A stretch of DNA of 60,518 nt, the filler included. It is 4 parts of 4 records of this genome, joined end to end, with 100 filler letters (N's around TTAATTAATTAA, not from the genome) between each part and the next. Parts side by side here need not be neighbours in the genome. Positions count along the whole stretch, not along the records: positions 1 to 14,096 come from SRR31156797_12552; positions 14,197 to 43,915 come from SRR31156797_12557; 2 more parts are not named here. One strand, written 5' to 3'. This document shows, piece by piece, positions 10,384 to 20,068 of this stretch (its first letter is position 1; each line of letters opens with the position of its first letter). The translations under genes and the position numbers were made by a program. The notes under the pieces were generated by a model. It did not search any database and was not told where the DNA came from. It saw nothing but the letters and a program-made list of their open reading frames with translations.

Positions 10384-11853
10384 ATGAAGCTTTTCTACCA
10401 CCTGTTTGGATATCTTCTTCTTGGAATGATCCTCCTCATCGGAACAGATGAATATTTAAACTTTCGAGCTGAAGTCGCGCAATTTGAAATAGATATGGTG
10501 ACCAACGCCTTGCAAACAGGTAATAGCATTTCCGGTATGATTGCTCATACCTGGCAGGAAAGTGGTGAAACAAAAGCACTGGAACTGATTGAGGACGCGA
10601 GCAAGTCCGGCACAATACCTATTCGCTGGGTATGGGCAGACAACTTTCCCAATGACGCAATAGTTGCGGTGAGCGACAAAGAACAATTAAAGAAACTGAA
10701 TTTAAGAAAAACAACCACGTTAAAAATCCACGATCCAAGTGGAGAAACACTACTCTACACCTATATACCAGTAAATCTCGACCAGAAGAGAAATGGAGCG
10801 CTGGAATTGCGGCAGACATTTTCCGCCCTGCAGATCTATTCTGGAAGAATGTTGATTCGGGCAATTACCATTACCGCTTTACTTGCACTGGTGTGCGGCT
10901 TGATTCTTTATCTTTTTATTCATCGAAAAATTCGTATCCCCTTAAACAGACTCACCACCCAGGCAAAACAAATTGGACAAGGAAACCTCAGAGGAGATCA
11001 TACTGTAATTGGTACGGATGAACTTGCCGATTTAGCTAAAACAATGAATGATATGTGTTCAAGCCTGGTCATAGCCAAAGAAAAAATAAAATTTGAATAC
11101 GATGCCCGCCTTAAAACCCTTGATCAACTTCGGCATACAGAACGTTTATCGACATTTGGCCTCATATCAGCCGGGATAGCCCACGAAATTGGAACACCGC
11201 TCAACGTCGTGGATGGAAGAGCCAAGATGATCATCTCCGAAAATCTCGACGCAGAGGAAACGAAAGAGTGCGCTGCTATCATTAAAAGCCAAGCCGAACG
11301 AATGACTCTCATAATCCGGCAATTGCTTGATTTTACGAGACGTCCTGAGCAGCATATCGCCTCGGAAAATATAGTTATACTCATCAAGCAGATATTTCAA
11401 CTGCTTCATCCAATGAGCAGCAAGCAACATGTAACCTTTACCTTAAACAAGGATGAAAAAGCAAAGGTAGTCCTGAGTGTTGACGGCTCACAGATTCAGC
11501 AGGTGTTGATCAACCTGCTCATGAACAGCGTTCAGGCCATGCCCGATGGTGGGACGATTTCTGTCTGCGTCACCAATGAAGTGCTTTCGGAGCCGCAATT
11601 GAAAGCTCAGACACCCCAACGCTTTTTAAAAATACGAATTGTGGATGAAGGCGAAGGCATCTGCAAGGAAGATCTGGAGCATATTTTTACACCATTTTTC
11701 ACAACCAAAACCATTGGTACCGGAACAGGCCTAGGGTTGTCTATTGCTCATGGGATTATTGAAGAGCACGGCGGTTGGATTGATGTTGAGAGCAGCGTGC
11801 TAAACGGTGCGTGTTTTTCTGTTTACCTCCCCATAAAGGAAGACGACCAATGA
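10384..11853 (+). CDS. HAMP-domain sensor histidine kinase
   Basis: 2 TM helices, DELADLA HAMP, AHEIGTPL H-box, N-box, DEGEG, FFTTK, GTGLGL. Confidence 0.93.
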   Translation: MKLFYHLFGYLLLGMILLIGTDEYLNFRAEVAQFEIDMVTNALQTGNSISGMIAHTWQESGETKALELIEDASKSGTIPIRWVWADNFPNDAIVAVSDKEQLKKLNLRKTTTLKIHDPSGETLLYTYIPVNLDQKRNGALELRQTFSALQIYSGRMLIRAITITALLALVCGLILYLFIHRKIRIPLNRLTTQAKQIGQGNLRGDHTVIGTDELADLAKTMNDMCSSLVIAKEKIKFEYDARLKTLDQLRHTERLSTFGLISAGIAHEIGTPLNVVDGRAKMIISENLDAEETKECAAIIKSQAERMTLIIRQLLDFTRRPEQHIASENIVILIKQIFQLLHPMSSKQHVTFTLNKDEKAKVVLSVDGSQIQQVLINLLMNSVQAMPDGGTISVCVTNEVLSEPQLKAQTPQRFLKIRIVDEGEGICKEDLEHIFTPFFTTKTIGTGTGLGLSIAHGIIEEHGGWIDVESSVLNGACFSVYLPIKEDDQ

Positions 11854-13220
11854 GCGGCAATATCCTTGTGATCGAAGATGATCAGGACATGTGCGATTTA
11901 TTGACAACCGGCCTCAGCCGACGAGGCTTTTCGGTGACAACATATATTTCAGGTAAGAAAGGGATGGCTGCTGTTGATTTACACGCTACTGACGTGGTTC
12001 TTGCAGACATTAACCTGCCAGATATGAATGGGCTGGATATCTGTACATCCATTGTCGCTAATTTACCCGATATACCGGTAATAATAATGACGGCTTTCGG
12101 CAGTATGGATACGGCAATAGCCGCAATCAGGGCAGGAGCCTATGATTTCGTCACCAAACCGCTGGATCTTGATATTCTGGCAATGTCACTTCAGCGGGCA
12201 GTACGTTACAGAAATCTACAGCAGACGGTAAAAAAGCTGAGTAATGCCGTCAAACAACCCTTTCATTTTGATAATCTTCTTGGTGAAAGTCCGGCCATGG
12301 AGGCCCTCTTTACACAACTCAGCCGTATTGCCGACTCGGAGGCCTCTCTGCTAATAACCGGTGAAAGTGGTTCTGGTAAGGAACTCGTCGCCAGAGCCGT
12401 GCACACTCATAGCCGAAGAAAGGACCACCCGTTGGTGACAATCAACTGTGCGGCAATGCCAGGTCAGCTGCTTGAGAGTGAGCTTTTCGGTCATAAAAAA
12501 GGAGCATTTACAGATGCAGGTGCACACAATAAAGGGTTATTTCTTGAAGCTGACGGAGGCACCTTGTTTCTTGACGAGGTTGGTGAAATCCCACTGGATT
12601 TGCAACCTAAACTATTAAGAGCTCTTGAGGAGCGCTGCGTCAGACCGGTCGGCGGAACGACTGAACGTCCTTTTAATGTACGGATTATTGCCGCAACCAA
12701 TCGGGATCTGGAATCAGCCGTCGATGATGGTCTTTTTAGGGAAGATTTATTTTACAGACTCAATGTCATACAACTGGAGATGCCACCGCTGCGTTCGCGG
12801 GGAACAGATATACTACTGCTGGCACGAAAATTCGTTAAACATTTTTCATCAAAACAAAATAAAGCGGTTACAGGTATTGCAGATAGTACTGCAGCAAAAT
12901 TGCTGGATTATTCCTGGCCTGGAAACGTTCGTGAACTCCGTAATGCCATAGAGCATGCAGTGGCCTTAACCTGTTTTGAAAAAATTTTACCCGAAGATCT
13001 CCCCGAAAAAATACGCCTTTTTAAAAATGAATATATCCTGGTAGGAGACCAAGACCCCATGGAGTTGATCTCTATGGAGGAAATGGAGCGCCGCTATATA
13101 ATGCATGTGCTTAAGACAACAGGCGGTAACAGAACCTTAACATCGCGAATCCTTCAAGTAGACCGAAAAACGCTTTACCGAAAACTCCAGCGATATGAGG
13201 AGCAAAAAAAACCGAGTTAA
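11850..13220 (+). CDS. Sigma54-dependent response regulator (NtrC/AtoC family)
   Basis: Receiver domain, GESGSGKE, GAFTDA, FLDEVGE, WPGNVREL, Fis-type HTH; ATGA overlap with the kinase. Confidence 0.95.
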   Translation: MSGNILVIEDDQDMCDLLTTGLSRRGFSVTTYISGKKGMAAVDLHATDVVLADINLPDMNGLDICTSIVANLPDIPVIIMTAFGSMDTAIAAIRAGAYDFVTKPLDLDILAMSLQRAVRYRNLQQTVKKLSNAVKQPFHFDNLLGESPAMEALFTQLSRIADSEASLLITGESGSGKELVARAVHTHSRRKDHPLVTINCAAMPGQLLESELFGHKKGAFTDAGAHNKGLFLEADGGTLFLDEVGEIPLDLQPKLLRALEERCVRPVGGTTERPFNVRIIAATNRDLESAVDDGLFREDLFYRLNVIQLEMPPLRSRGTDILLLARKFVKHFSSKQNKAVTGIADSTAAKLLDYSWPGNVRELRNAIEHAVALTCFEKILPEDLPEKIRLFKNEYILVGDQDPMELISMEEMERRYIMHVLKTTGGNRTLTSRILQVDRKTLYRKLQRYEEQKKPS

Positions 13221-13260
13221 ATTTGGATTGCAGCCCCCCATCCGCTTTCCCCTTTTCTTA

Positions 13261-13297
13261 TTGGGGCATTTTGCCTCTGCGGGGTGAAATGTCCCAA
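13261..13297. promoter_or_regulatory. Imperfect inverted repeat: tandem activator sites or terminator hairpin
   Basis: TTGGGGCATTTTGCCTC-tgc-GGGGTGAAATGTCCCAA; 13/17 match, all four mismatches G-U compatible; a similar GGGGTATACTGCCCC lies at 13609-13623. Confidence 0.45.
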
Positions 13298-13761
13298 TCT
13301 TATTGATTCCCTTCCCTCATTTATTATACTCCTCAAAAAACATTAATAATAAAGTCCTTCCTGTATGGTTTACCAATTAACTTTTTATGGATTAATGTAT
13401 CATTTTTCCTGATAAATATCATACAGTCAAGAAACACAAACATCATAATCAACTGAAATTACGTACTTTACCCCCAAAAAAAACATATAAACTCAAGAGT
13501 ATTTTTTTCCACTGCACGCTCTCTAGCCACCCTCTCTCTCCCAAAACATTGTTACATGCAGTCGAGTCTACAATCTCTCACCGCCTTTCTCATGGTCATT
13601 TTCCGGTTGGGGTATACTGCCCCGCTCCGTAACAAACACCACCCTTTTTCATCATTTTCTTCCAAAAAAACCTGACAAATCATCAGAACGCTCTTCTTCA
13701 AGCCACCCACAGTCTACACTTTAAACGATATATCAGATAATTAAGAGAAACACGATACCGG

Positions 13762-13777
13762 TGGCACATATGTTGCT
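13762..13777 (+). promoter_or_regulatory. Sigma54 (-24/-12) promoter
   Basis: TGGCACATATGTTGCT, near-consensus TGGCAC-N5-TTGC. Confidence 0.8.
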
Positions 13778-13830
13778 GTGCCCCTCTGCAGGTCACTTCC
13801 ACTACTTTTACATTTCCAGAGAGGTTGAAC

Positions 13831-14073
13831 GTGAAAATTACCATCGGCATCACTCAGGAACCTGAAAAATTAAAAGAATTTGTCTCCCAAAATTATGGAG
13901 ACATAGGATCTCTCACAGAAGTAGGCCCCTTTCTTTCTAGAATAGAGGCTCTTAACTGGCTGGTTTATCTCAAAAGTGTGATTGGAACTATTGATGAGAT
14001 CATTCCTGAACGCCAGTCTGAAGGAGAAGCGATATGGTACGGATTTACCTATGAACGGGTAGAGTCCCTTTAA
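13831..14073 (+). CDS. Small hypothetical protein (80 aa)
   Basis: GAGG SD at 13821-13824, GTG start, protein-like composition, directly downstream of a sigma54 promoter. Confidence 0.7.
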   Translation: MKITIGITQEPEKLKEFVSQNYGDIGSLTEVGPFLSRIEALNWLVYLKSVIGTIDEIIPERQSEGEAIWYGFTYERVESL

Positions 14074-14096
14074 ACAGTAAAACCCTGTTATGGCGA

Positions 14097-14196
14097 NNNN
14101 NNNNNNNNNNNNNNNNNNNNNNNNNNNNNNNNNNNNNNNNTTAATTAATTAANNNNNNNNNNNNNNNNNNNNNNNNNNNNNNNNNNNNNNNNNNNN
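14097..14196. other. Artificial contig linker
   Basis: N44-TTAATTAATTAA-N44 (stops in all frames). Confidence 0.98.
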
Positions 14197-14213
14197 CACT
14201 GAGTTATTCCCGC
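14197..14213 (-). tRNA. 5' end of a tRNA-Gly, cut by the contig edge
   Basis: Minus strand reads GCGGGAATAACTCAGTG, the typical tRNA-Gly acceptor stem and D-arm start; strong promoter just upstream; anticodon not visible. Confidence 0.7.
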
Positions 14214-14243
14214 TCAGCAATTTGTAATCAGTAGACGGCGGGG

Positions 14244-14272
14244 AGAATACCTCTTATCCTGATTTGTGTCAA
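14244..14272 (-). promoter_or_regulatory. Sigma70 promoter of the tRNA
   Basis: TTGACA-17 nt-TATTCT followed by GC-rich discriminator CCCCGCCG. Confidence 0.65.
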
Positions 14273-14499
14273 TTGAAAAGTGGGAGGTCGGTGCTTTTTT
14301 TTCAACTCCATCTTTTCCAAAAAGCATAAAGCCTGGATCAAGAACTATTGCTAATATAATAGAAGCAGAATAGTATGTCATCATTGATGAGTAAATGACA
14401 ACAACCTGATAATATATTCTATTTTTACATTGTTTTTGTAAAAGTGGTTGATTATCTGCGTGAATGTTGTCTTCGTTGACACCAGATGAGGAGTGTAAA

Positions 14500-15099
14500 A
14501 TGGCAGTACCGGCTCCGCGAACTGCTGAAGTGGTTCGTGCAACTAAAGAAACAGATATCCAGATTAGCCTTGAACTCGATGGTACAGGTAAAATTGATGT
14601 TCAAACCGGGGTCGGCTTTATGGATCACATGCTCACCTTGTTCGCCGTACATGGCTTTTTCAACCTCCGTATACGTGCAACAGGTGATCTTGAGATTGAC
14701 GATCACCATACGGTTGAAGATGTGGGCATTTGTTTAGGGCAGGCTTTTGCAAAGGCACTTGATGATAAGTCCGGCATCTGCCGCTACGGACATGCCTATG
14801 TGCCAATGGATGAAACCCTTTCTAGAGTTTGTGTGGATCTTTCTAATCGGCCCTACCTCTATTATAATGTACCACTTGAAGATCGTAAGGTCGGGACCTT
14901 TGATACTGCATTGGCCAAGGAATTTTTGCGTGCCTTGTCTCAGCACGCTGGCTTGACACTGCATGTTGATCTCCTTCATGGTGAAAATACACATCACATT
15001 CTTGAAGCAGTTTTTAAGGCTCTTGGGCGTGCAATGGCTGCGGCTGCAGCTATACACGGGCAAGTGACAGGTCAGCTTTCATCTAAAGGGACTCTTTAA
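14500..15099 (+). CDS. hisB: Imidazoleglycerol-phosphate dehydratase
   Basis: RATKETDI, DHML, DDHHTVED, PMDE, HHILEA, SSKG; GAGGAG SD. Confidence 0.97.
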   Translation: MAVPAPRTAEVVRATKETDIQISLELDGTGKIDVQTGVGFMDHMLTLFAVHGFFNLRIRATGDLEIDDHHTVEDVGICLGQAFAKALDDKSGICRYGHAYVPMDETLSRVCVDLSNRPYLYYNVPLEDRKVGTFDTALAKEFLRALSQHAGLTLHVDLLHGENTHHILEAVFKALGRAMAAAAAIHGQVTGQLSSKGTL

Positions 15100-15134
15100 A
15101 ATAGCAATTTATCTACCACGAGGGAGGATATACA

Positions 15135-15776
15135 GTGATTCAATCCGCTAAGCTGTTGGCTACCATATTTGTGACTACAATGTTTGTTTTTTCAGGCTGT
15201 GCTAAAAAACCTGAGCAGAAACCCTTCCCCCGTGACCCCGGCCTTGCTGTTTCCTGTATTGGTGTTATGCCAGTGCAGCCTGCTGTTGATGTTTCCAGTG
15301 CCATGTCATTTGCCCAGGCAAAGCAGCTCAAAGAGGGGGCAACCATTATGGATTCTCTTTTGAAAAAAGAGTTTGCCGGTCGTCGTGAATTTCGATTTGT
15401 AAACCAGTCACAAGTTTATGGACTTGATGCTTATGGAGCAGACAGTGAGCTGGGGCGCCTGCAGAAGATTGGAGAACAAATGAGTTGTAATGCCCTGCTT
15501 GAAATAAACATAAGTCGTTTTTCAGACCGAGTTGGTGGAGAATATACAGCCAAAGATCCTGCCTCGGTTGCCTTTCAGTATCGATTATATGAAGTAGGGG
15601 AAGGTAAAATTCTTTGCCAGGGAAGTTTTGATGAGGTTCAACAATCATTGATGGAAAATCTTTATAATTGGAAAAGTGCAAAAAATAGGGGCTTTACCTG
15701 GATCACTTCTGAGCAGCTGTTACAAGAGGGTATACAAGAAAAATTTTCTCAATGCGGCTACCTCTTGGAGCCCTAA
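15135..15776 (+). CDS. Putative lipoprotein (LpoB/GNA1162-like fold)
   Basis: Signal peptide with lipobox FSG-C; GGAGG SD. Confidence 0.75.
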   Translation: MIQSAKLLATIFVTTMFVFSGCAKKPEQKPFPRDPGLAVSCIGVMPVQPAVDVSSAMSFAQAKQLKEGATIMDSLLKKEFAGRREFRFVNQSQVYGLDAYGADSELGRLQKIGEQMSCNALLEINISRFSDRVGGEYTAKDPASVAFQYRLYEVGEGKILCQGSFDEVQQSLMENLYNWKSAKNRGFTWITSEQLLQEGIQEKFSQCGYLLEP

Positions 15777-15783
15777 AGGGTAA

Positions 15784-16563
15784 TTGGTTGGCAAAATGAA
15801 AGGTGTGCTGCCCAGTGAGATGAACCGGAAAGTTGGTCGTGCAATGCACGATTATGAGATGCTTGCTGACGAGGACAGTATTCTGGTCGCAGTATCAGGC
15901 GGAATCGACTCCTTAATCCTTGCCTGGCTGCTCTTGTTTTGGGAAAAGAAGGCACCAATCAGCTACCGGCTAAAAGCCATTCATATTGATATGGAAGGGA
16001 GCGCTGATTCTCCTGGTCGTGTTGCACAATATGTTAGCCAGGTGATGGCAAACTTAGGTCTTTCTTTAGTGGTACTTCCCGCTGCCTGGAAACCTGAGAC
16101 TGAAAAACAGGAGCAAGGTGAATGCCCCAAAAACGATATTTGCTTTCAATGTGCCCGTTCCAGAAGGACGCAGCTATTTGCCTATGCCCGCGACCACAGC
16201 TTTGGTAAATTAGCACTTGGCCATCACCGGGATGATATTATAGATACCTTTTTTTTAAACCTTACCTGTGCAGGCAACATTAGTACCATGCGTCCTAAAC
16301 AGGAGCTTTTTTCAGGAAACCTGTCAGTCATCCGACCACTTGCTTACTGTGATAAAGAGCAAATTACCCAGTTAGGAAAAAAACTTGGAATTTTCGCGGT
16401 TGAAACGGACTGCCCAGTGGCGGGGCATACTAGGCGGCAGGAGGTACATGAACTTGTACAATCCATTTATAAGCATATTCCAGATGCCAAAGATCATATA
16501 TTTGCAGCCCTTGGTAATGTGCGGCAGGACTATCTTCTTCTTCCTTCTGCAGAGAGACGGTGA
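15784..16563 (+). CDS. ttcA: tRNA 2-thiocytidine biosynthesis TtcA-family protein
   Basis: SGGIDS PP-loop, CFQC, ALGHHRDD, IRPL. Confidence 0.85.
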   Translation: MVGKMKGVLPSEMNRKVGRAMHDYEMLADEDSILVAVSGGIDSLILAWLLLFWEKKAPISYRLKAIHIDMEGSADSPGRVAQYVSQVMANLGLSLVVLPAAWKPETEKQEQGECPKNDICFQCARSRRTQLFAYARDHSFGKLALGHHRDDIIDTFFLNLTCAGNISTMRPKQELFSGNLSVIRPLAYCDKEQITQLGKKLGIFAVETDCPVAGHTRRQEVHELVQSIYKHIPDAKDHIFAALGNVRQDYLLLPSAERR

Positions 16564-17444
16564 TGCGTACCGGAACTGATTGTTTAGCCTGTTTTATGCA
16601 ACAGGCGTTAAATGTTACAAAACTCTGTACAGAGGATACCCAGGTGCAGCGTCAGCTTTTAGTTGAAGTTGGGGCAATGCTGGGTACCTTTCCCGTGGAC
16701 AGTACGCCTCCGGAAAATGCAGCGCATTATTACCGGCTCATTGCCGAGTCTACCGGGGTTGCTGATCCCTTTGCCGAAATTAAAAAACAAAGCAATGACT
16801 TTGCCCTTTCTGTGGAAAATAAGATCCGCGATACTGTCGAACATGCAGTTGACCCTTTATTAGCTGCGTTGCGCTTTGCTATTGGAGCAAATGTGCTCGA
16901 TAATGGGTCCCAGAAACAACTGGATATTCAAGCTACATTAGCATTGTGCCAGCAGCAGCAGTTTGCAATCGATCATTATTCGTGGGTACAGGAAAAGCTC
17001 GCAGCGAGTCGGAAGGTTTTGTTGCTTGCAGATAACTGTGGGGAGATTGTTTTTGACAAGTTGCTTGTGGAGCAGCTTTTAGCGATGGGGCTTGAGGTAA
17101 TCGTTGCAGTACGTGGAATGCCAATCATTAACGATGCCACCCTGGAGGATGCCAAATATTGCGGCATGGATAAACTTTGTAGAGTTGTTGCCAATGGCAG
17201 CGATCTTCCGGGTACCTCTCTGGAGCAATGTACTGGTGAATTTCGTGATCTTTTTGCTGATGCGGATTGTATATTGAGTAAGGGAATGGGGAATTTTGAG
17301 TGCTTATCTGAGAGTAGTGCGCCTATCGTGTTCCTGTTTACTGTAAAATGCTCCACTGTTCTCAATCATTTGAAAGGATTGTATTCGAGTGCCCCATTGC
17401 AGGTTGGGTCGCCGGTTATTGTTGCTCCCTCAGCTGTTGTATAG
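16563..17444 (+). CDS. DUF89/ARMT1-like damage-control metal-dependent phosphatase
   Basis: DCLAC, DNCGEIVFD, PIINDAT, SKGMGNFE, KC. Confidence 0.88.
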   Translation: MRTGTDCLACFMQQALNVTKLCTEDTQVQRQLLVEVGAMLGTFPVDSTPPENAAHYYRLIAESTGVADPFAEIKKQSNDFALSVENKIRDTVEHAVDPLLAALRFAIGANVLDNGSQKQLDIQATLALCQQQQFAIDHYSWVQEKLAASRKVLLLADNCGEIVFDKLLVEQLLAMGLEVIVAVRGMPIINDATLEDAKYCGMDKLCRVVANGSDLPGTSLEQCTGEFRDLFADADCILSKGMGNFECLSESSAPIVFLFTVKCSTVLNHLKGLYSSAPLQVGSPVIVAPSAVV

Positions 17445-17452
17445 TCCATACT

Positions 17453-18181
17453 ATGCGTGTTGCTGTCATTGCTGATATTCATGGGAATTATAGAGCACTG
17501 GAGGCTGTCTTTGCAGATATTGACAAGCTGGGGGTAGATGAAATTGTCTCGCTGGGTGATAATGTCGGCTATGGACCGGAGCCCGAAGAAGCGGTGCAGG
17601 CCCTGTTACAGCGTGAAGTGTTTTCTGTCATGGGGAATCATGAGCTTGGACTTATTTCTGTCGGTTATTTTAATCGATTAAATCCGGGGGCACAAGAATC
17701 CCTGGAGATAACCAAAAGCCTGTTGTCAGCGGAGTCTCTTTGTTGGTTAGGTAATTTACCTCCTGTGTATATTTGCCATGGAGCCCGTTTTGTCCATGGC
17801 TGTCCGCCGCAATCTATGACTGCCTACCTCTTTTCTCCATCTGCTAATCGGCTGCAGCGAACTTTTTCCACCTATCCTGAAACCTATTGCTTTGCAGGTC
17901 ATACACATTCTCTTTCCTGGTTTATATTGAAAGGCAATATCGTTAAGTGTAGCAAGCTTAAGGTTGGGGTGGTTTCTCTGTCCAGTGATTCCCGGCATCT
18001 TGTTCTACCGGGAAGTGTCGGTCAGCCCCGTGACCAGCTTAATTCAAAGGCAAAATATTGTGTATGGGATACAGGGGCGCTGAATATGGAAATTCGAGCG
18101 GTTGAATACGATATAGACACAACAGTACGACTTTTAAAAGAGCGTAATTTCCCTCTATCTAATGCCATAAGGCTGAAATAG
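17453..18181 (+). CDS. Calcineurin-like metallophosphoesterase
   Basis: DIHGN, LGDNVGYG, GNHE, HG, GHTH, PGSVGQPRD. Confidence 0.92.
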   Translation: MRVAVIADIHGNYRALEAVFADIDKLGVDEIVSLGDNVGYGPEPEEAVQALLQREVFSVMGNHELGLISVGYFNRLNPGAQESLEITKSLLSAESLCWLGNLPPVYICHGARFVHGCPPQSMTAYLFSPSANRLQRTFSTYPETYCFAGHTHSLSWFILKGNIVKCSKLKVGVVSLSSDSRHLVLPGSVGQPRDQLNSKAKYCVWDTGALNMEIRAVEYDIDTTVRLLKERNFPLSNAIRLK

Positions 18182-18188
18182 TAAGTGT

Positions 18189-19529
18189 ATGAAACAGATT
18201 GGCCGTTATCAAATTATCCGCCGCCTTGGAAAAGGCGGTATGGGGTCAGTGTACAAAGGGTTGGTTCCCGAAATTGAGAAGGTGGTTGCAATTAAGCTAC
18301 TGGACCCTTCCGAGGTTATGGAGGTTATCCTTGGTCCTGAGAAGCTTCGTGAAATTTTCATGGCTGAAGCAAAGACCATGGCCTCTTTTCACCAACCGTT
18401 TTTGGTAACTGCCCATGATTATGCAGAAGATGATCAAGGTCGCCCCTTTTTTGTTATGGAGTATATCTGTAAAAACCTTGGGGAGATGATAGGCGAGAAA
18501 TTTCAAGTAGAAGAAGATTCGCGCATTATTGAAGCGAAAAAGGTGCTCTATTATGGGCGTCAACTGCTGAAAGCACTTGCCTTTCTTCATCATAATAAAA
18601 TTATTCATCGTGATATAAAGCCGCAAAATATCCTGGTAACCGATGAGGATACAATAAAGCTCTGTGACTTTGGTATGGCCTTGGTCGAGGGGGTTGCTTT
18701 TTGCGGGCCAGATACTATGCAGGTTGGCTCCCCTTACTATACACCGCCCGAACAGCGAACAAATCCGCTTGAGGTCGATGGCAGGGCGGATCTGTATTCC
18801 GCTGCGGTGGTCCTGTACCGCATGCTCACCGGGAAATTGCCTGGTATGCAGAGTCTCTCACTTTCTTTGGTCAATCCTCGATATGATCATGCCTGGGATG
18901 ATTTTTTTACAAAGGCTTTGAGTTGGGACCCTGCATCGCGTTTCCAGACTGCAGTAGATATGATGGCTGCGATGGGGCAGCTTCGGGTGGTTACATCAGG
19001 AGACGAAAATCAAGGGTATTCGTGCAGTGTAAAAATGGCTGGGCGGCAAGCAATGCTGCGGCATACGCCGGTAAACGTATGCAGCTCCCGTGCAGGAGAG
19101 GCATTTTCGGTGAACAGCCAAAATCGTCCGCTTGCACCAGTGCCATCCTGTTTGCGAGTTGAGAGTGATAGGGTCGTTGATGTGAGAACAGGTCTGGTCT
19201 GGCTGCGGCATGGTACATTGTATCCACTTTCTCAAGTGCAGGCTGTTGAGTATGTCAAGCAGCTTTCGTTTCCTGCCCATGGTGAAAAGGGCGAGTGGCG
19301 GCTGCCAACGGTTAATGAGTTACTGAGTCTGCTCGATGGACAAAATCATCTTGATCCTTTTCCTTTTAGCCCTGCCAGTGCACGGTGGCTCTGGAGCTGT
19401 GACCGTCACGGCAACCATGAAGGATGGTATGTTAACCTGGATATGGGGTATACCGGTGTTCAAGATATTAATTGCTTGAATTTCGTAATACCAGTTTACA
19501 CTGATCCGCAATTTGTTTCTGCTGCATGA
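18189..19529 (+). CDS. Ser/Thr protein kinase with C-terminal DUF1566 (Lcl-like) domain
   Basis: GKGGMG, VAIK, HRDIKPQN, DFG; C-terminal DVRTGLVW and WRLPTVNELLSL. Confidence 0.9.
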   Translation: MKQIGRYQIIRRLGKGGMGSVYKGLVPEIEKVVAIKLLDPSEVMEVILGPEKLREIFMAEAKTMASFHQPFLVTAHDYAEDDQGRPFFVMEYICKNLGEMIGEKFQVEEDSRIIEAKKVLYYGRQLLKALAFLHHNKIIHRDIKPQNILVTDEDTIKLCDFGMALVEGVAFCGPDTMQVGSPYYTPPEQRTNPLEVDGRADLYSAAVVLYRMLTGKLPGMQSLSLSLVNPRYDHAWDDFFTKALSWDPASRFQTAVDMMAAMGQLRVVTSGDENQGYSCSVKMAGRQAMLRHTPVNVCSSRAGEAFSVNSQNRPLAPVPSCLRVESDRVVDVRTGLVWLRHGTLYPLSQVQAVEYVKQLSFPAHGEKGEWRLPTVNELLSLLDGQNHLDPFPFSPASARWLWSCDRHGNHEGWYVNLDMGYTGVQDINCLNFVIPVYTDPQFVSAA

Positions 19530-19544
19530 TACCTGCTGACCAAT

Positions 19545-20033
19545 ATGAACGCTGAACAACAACAATACAAAATTTCTCATTTATTTTTAGTTGAAGCTGA
19601 AAGTGCTCAAGAGGGTGCTGAACAGGTCGAGCACTATCTGAAGGGCAATCAGTTGATTACCTATTCCGATCTTATCATCCGTCCGGATGAAATTATTGGC
19701 AGCAAAGAGGACCGGTTTTGGCCAATGTTGGATAAAGGTATTGCTAAAAATATTGATTTTGCCTTGTCCCTGGTTGAATCTCTTAAGGATGAGGGGGTTG
19801 AGACACTTGATGGGTTAGTGCATATGGAGGAAGGGTATCTTACCAAACTGCTTCATACACTGACCCACCTGCTTGATGGATTCATAGGAGTAGATAGTGT
19901 ATTCTATAATTTGGTGGAGGACTCTCACCGTATAAGCCGCACTTTAAAAATGTCTATTGATACAGAGCGTGAAAAATACTGGCTCATCCCGGTTCGTACC
20001 GGCATGCTAGAGGCTTCTGTGCTACATTTGTAA
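19545..20033 (+). CDS. Hypothetical protein
   Basis: 162-aa ORF in operon context, 15 nt after the kinase. Confidence 0.75.
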   Translation: MNAEQQQYKISHLFLVEAESAQEGAEQVEHYLKGNQLITYSDLIIRPDEIIGSKEDRFWPMLDKGIAKNIDFALSLVESLKDEGVETLDGLVHMEEGYLTKLLHTLTHLLDGFIGVDSVFYNLVEDSHRISRTLKMSIDTEREKYWLIPVRTGMLEASVLHL

Positions 20034-20068
20034 TAACAATGCGTAATAGTTGAAAAACATATAAAACA

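Noticed and set aside
14141-14152. TTAATTAATTAA occurring three times as a biological repeat
   Set aside because: Always centred in 100-nt N blocks; it is a synthetic six-frame stop linker
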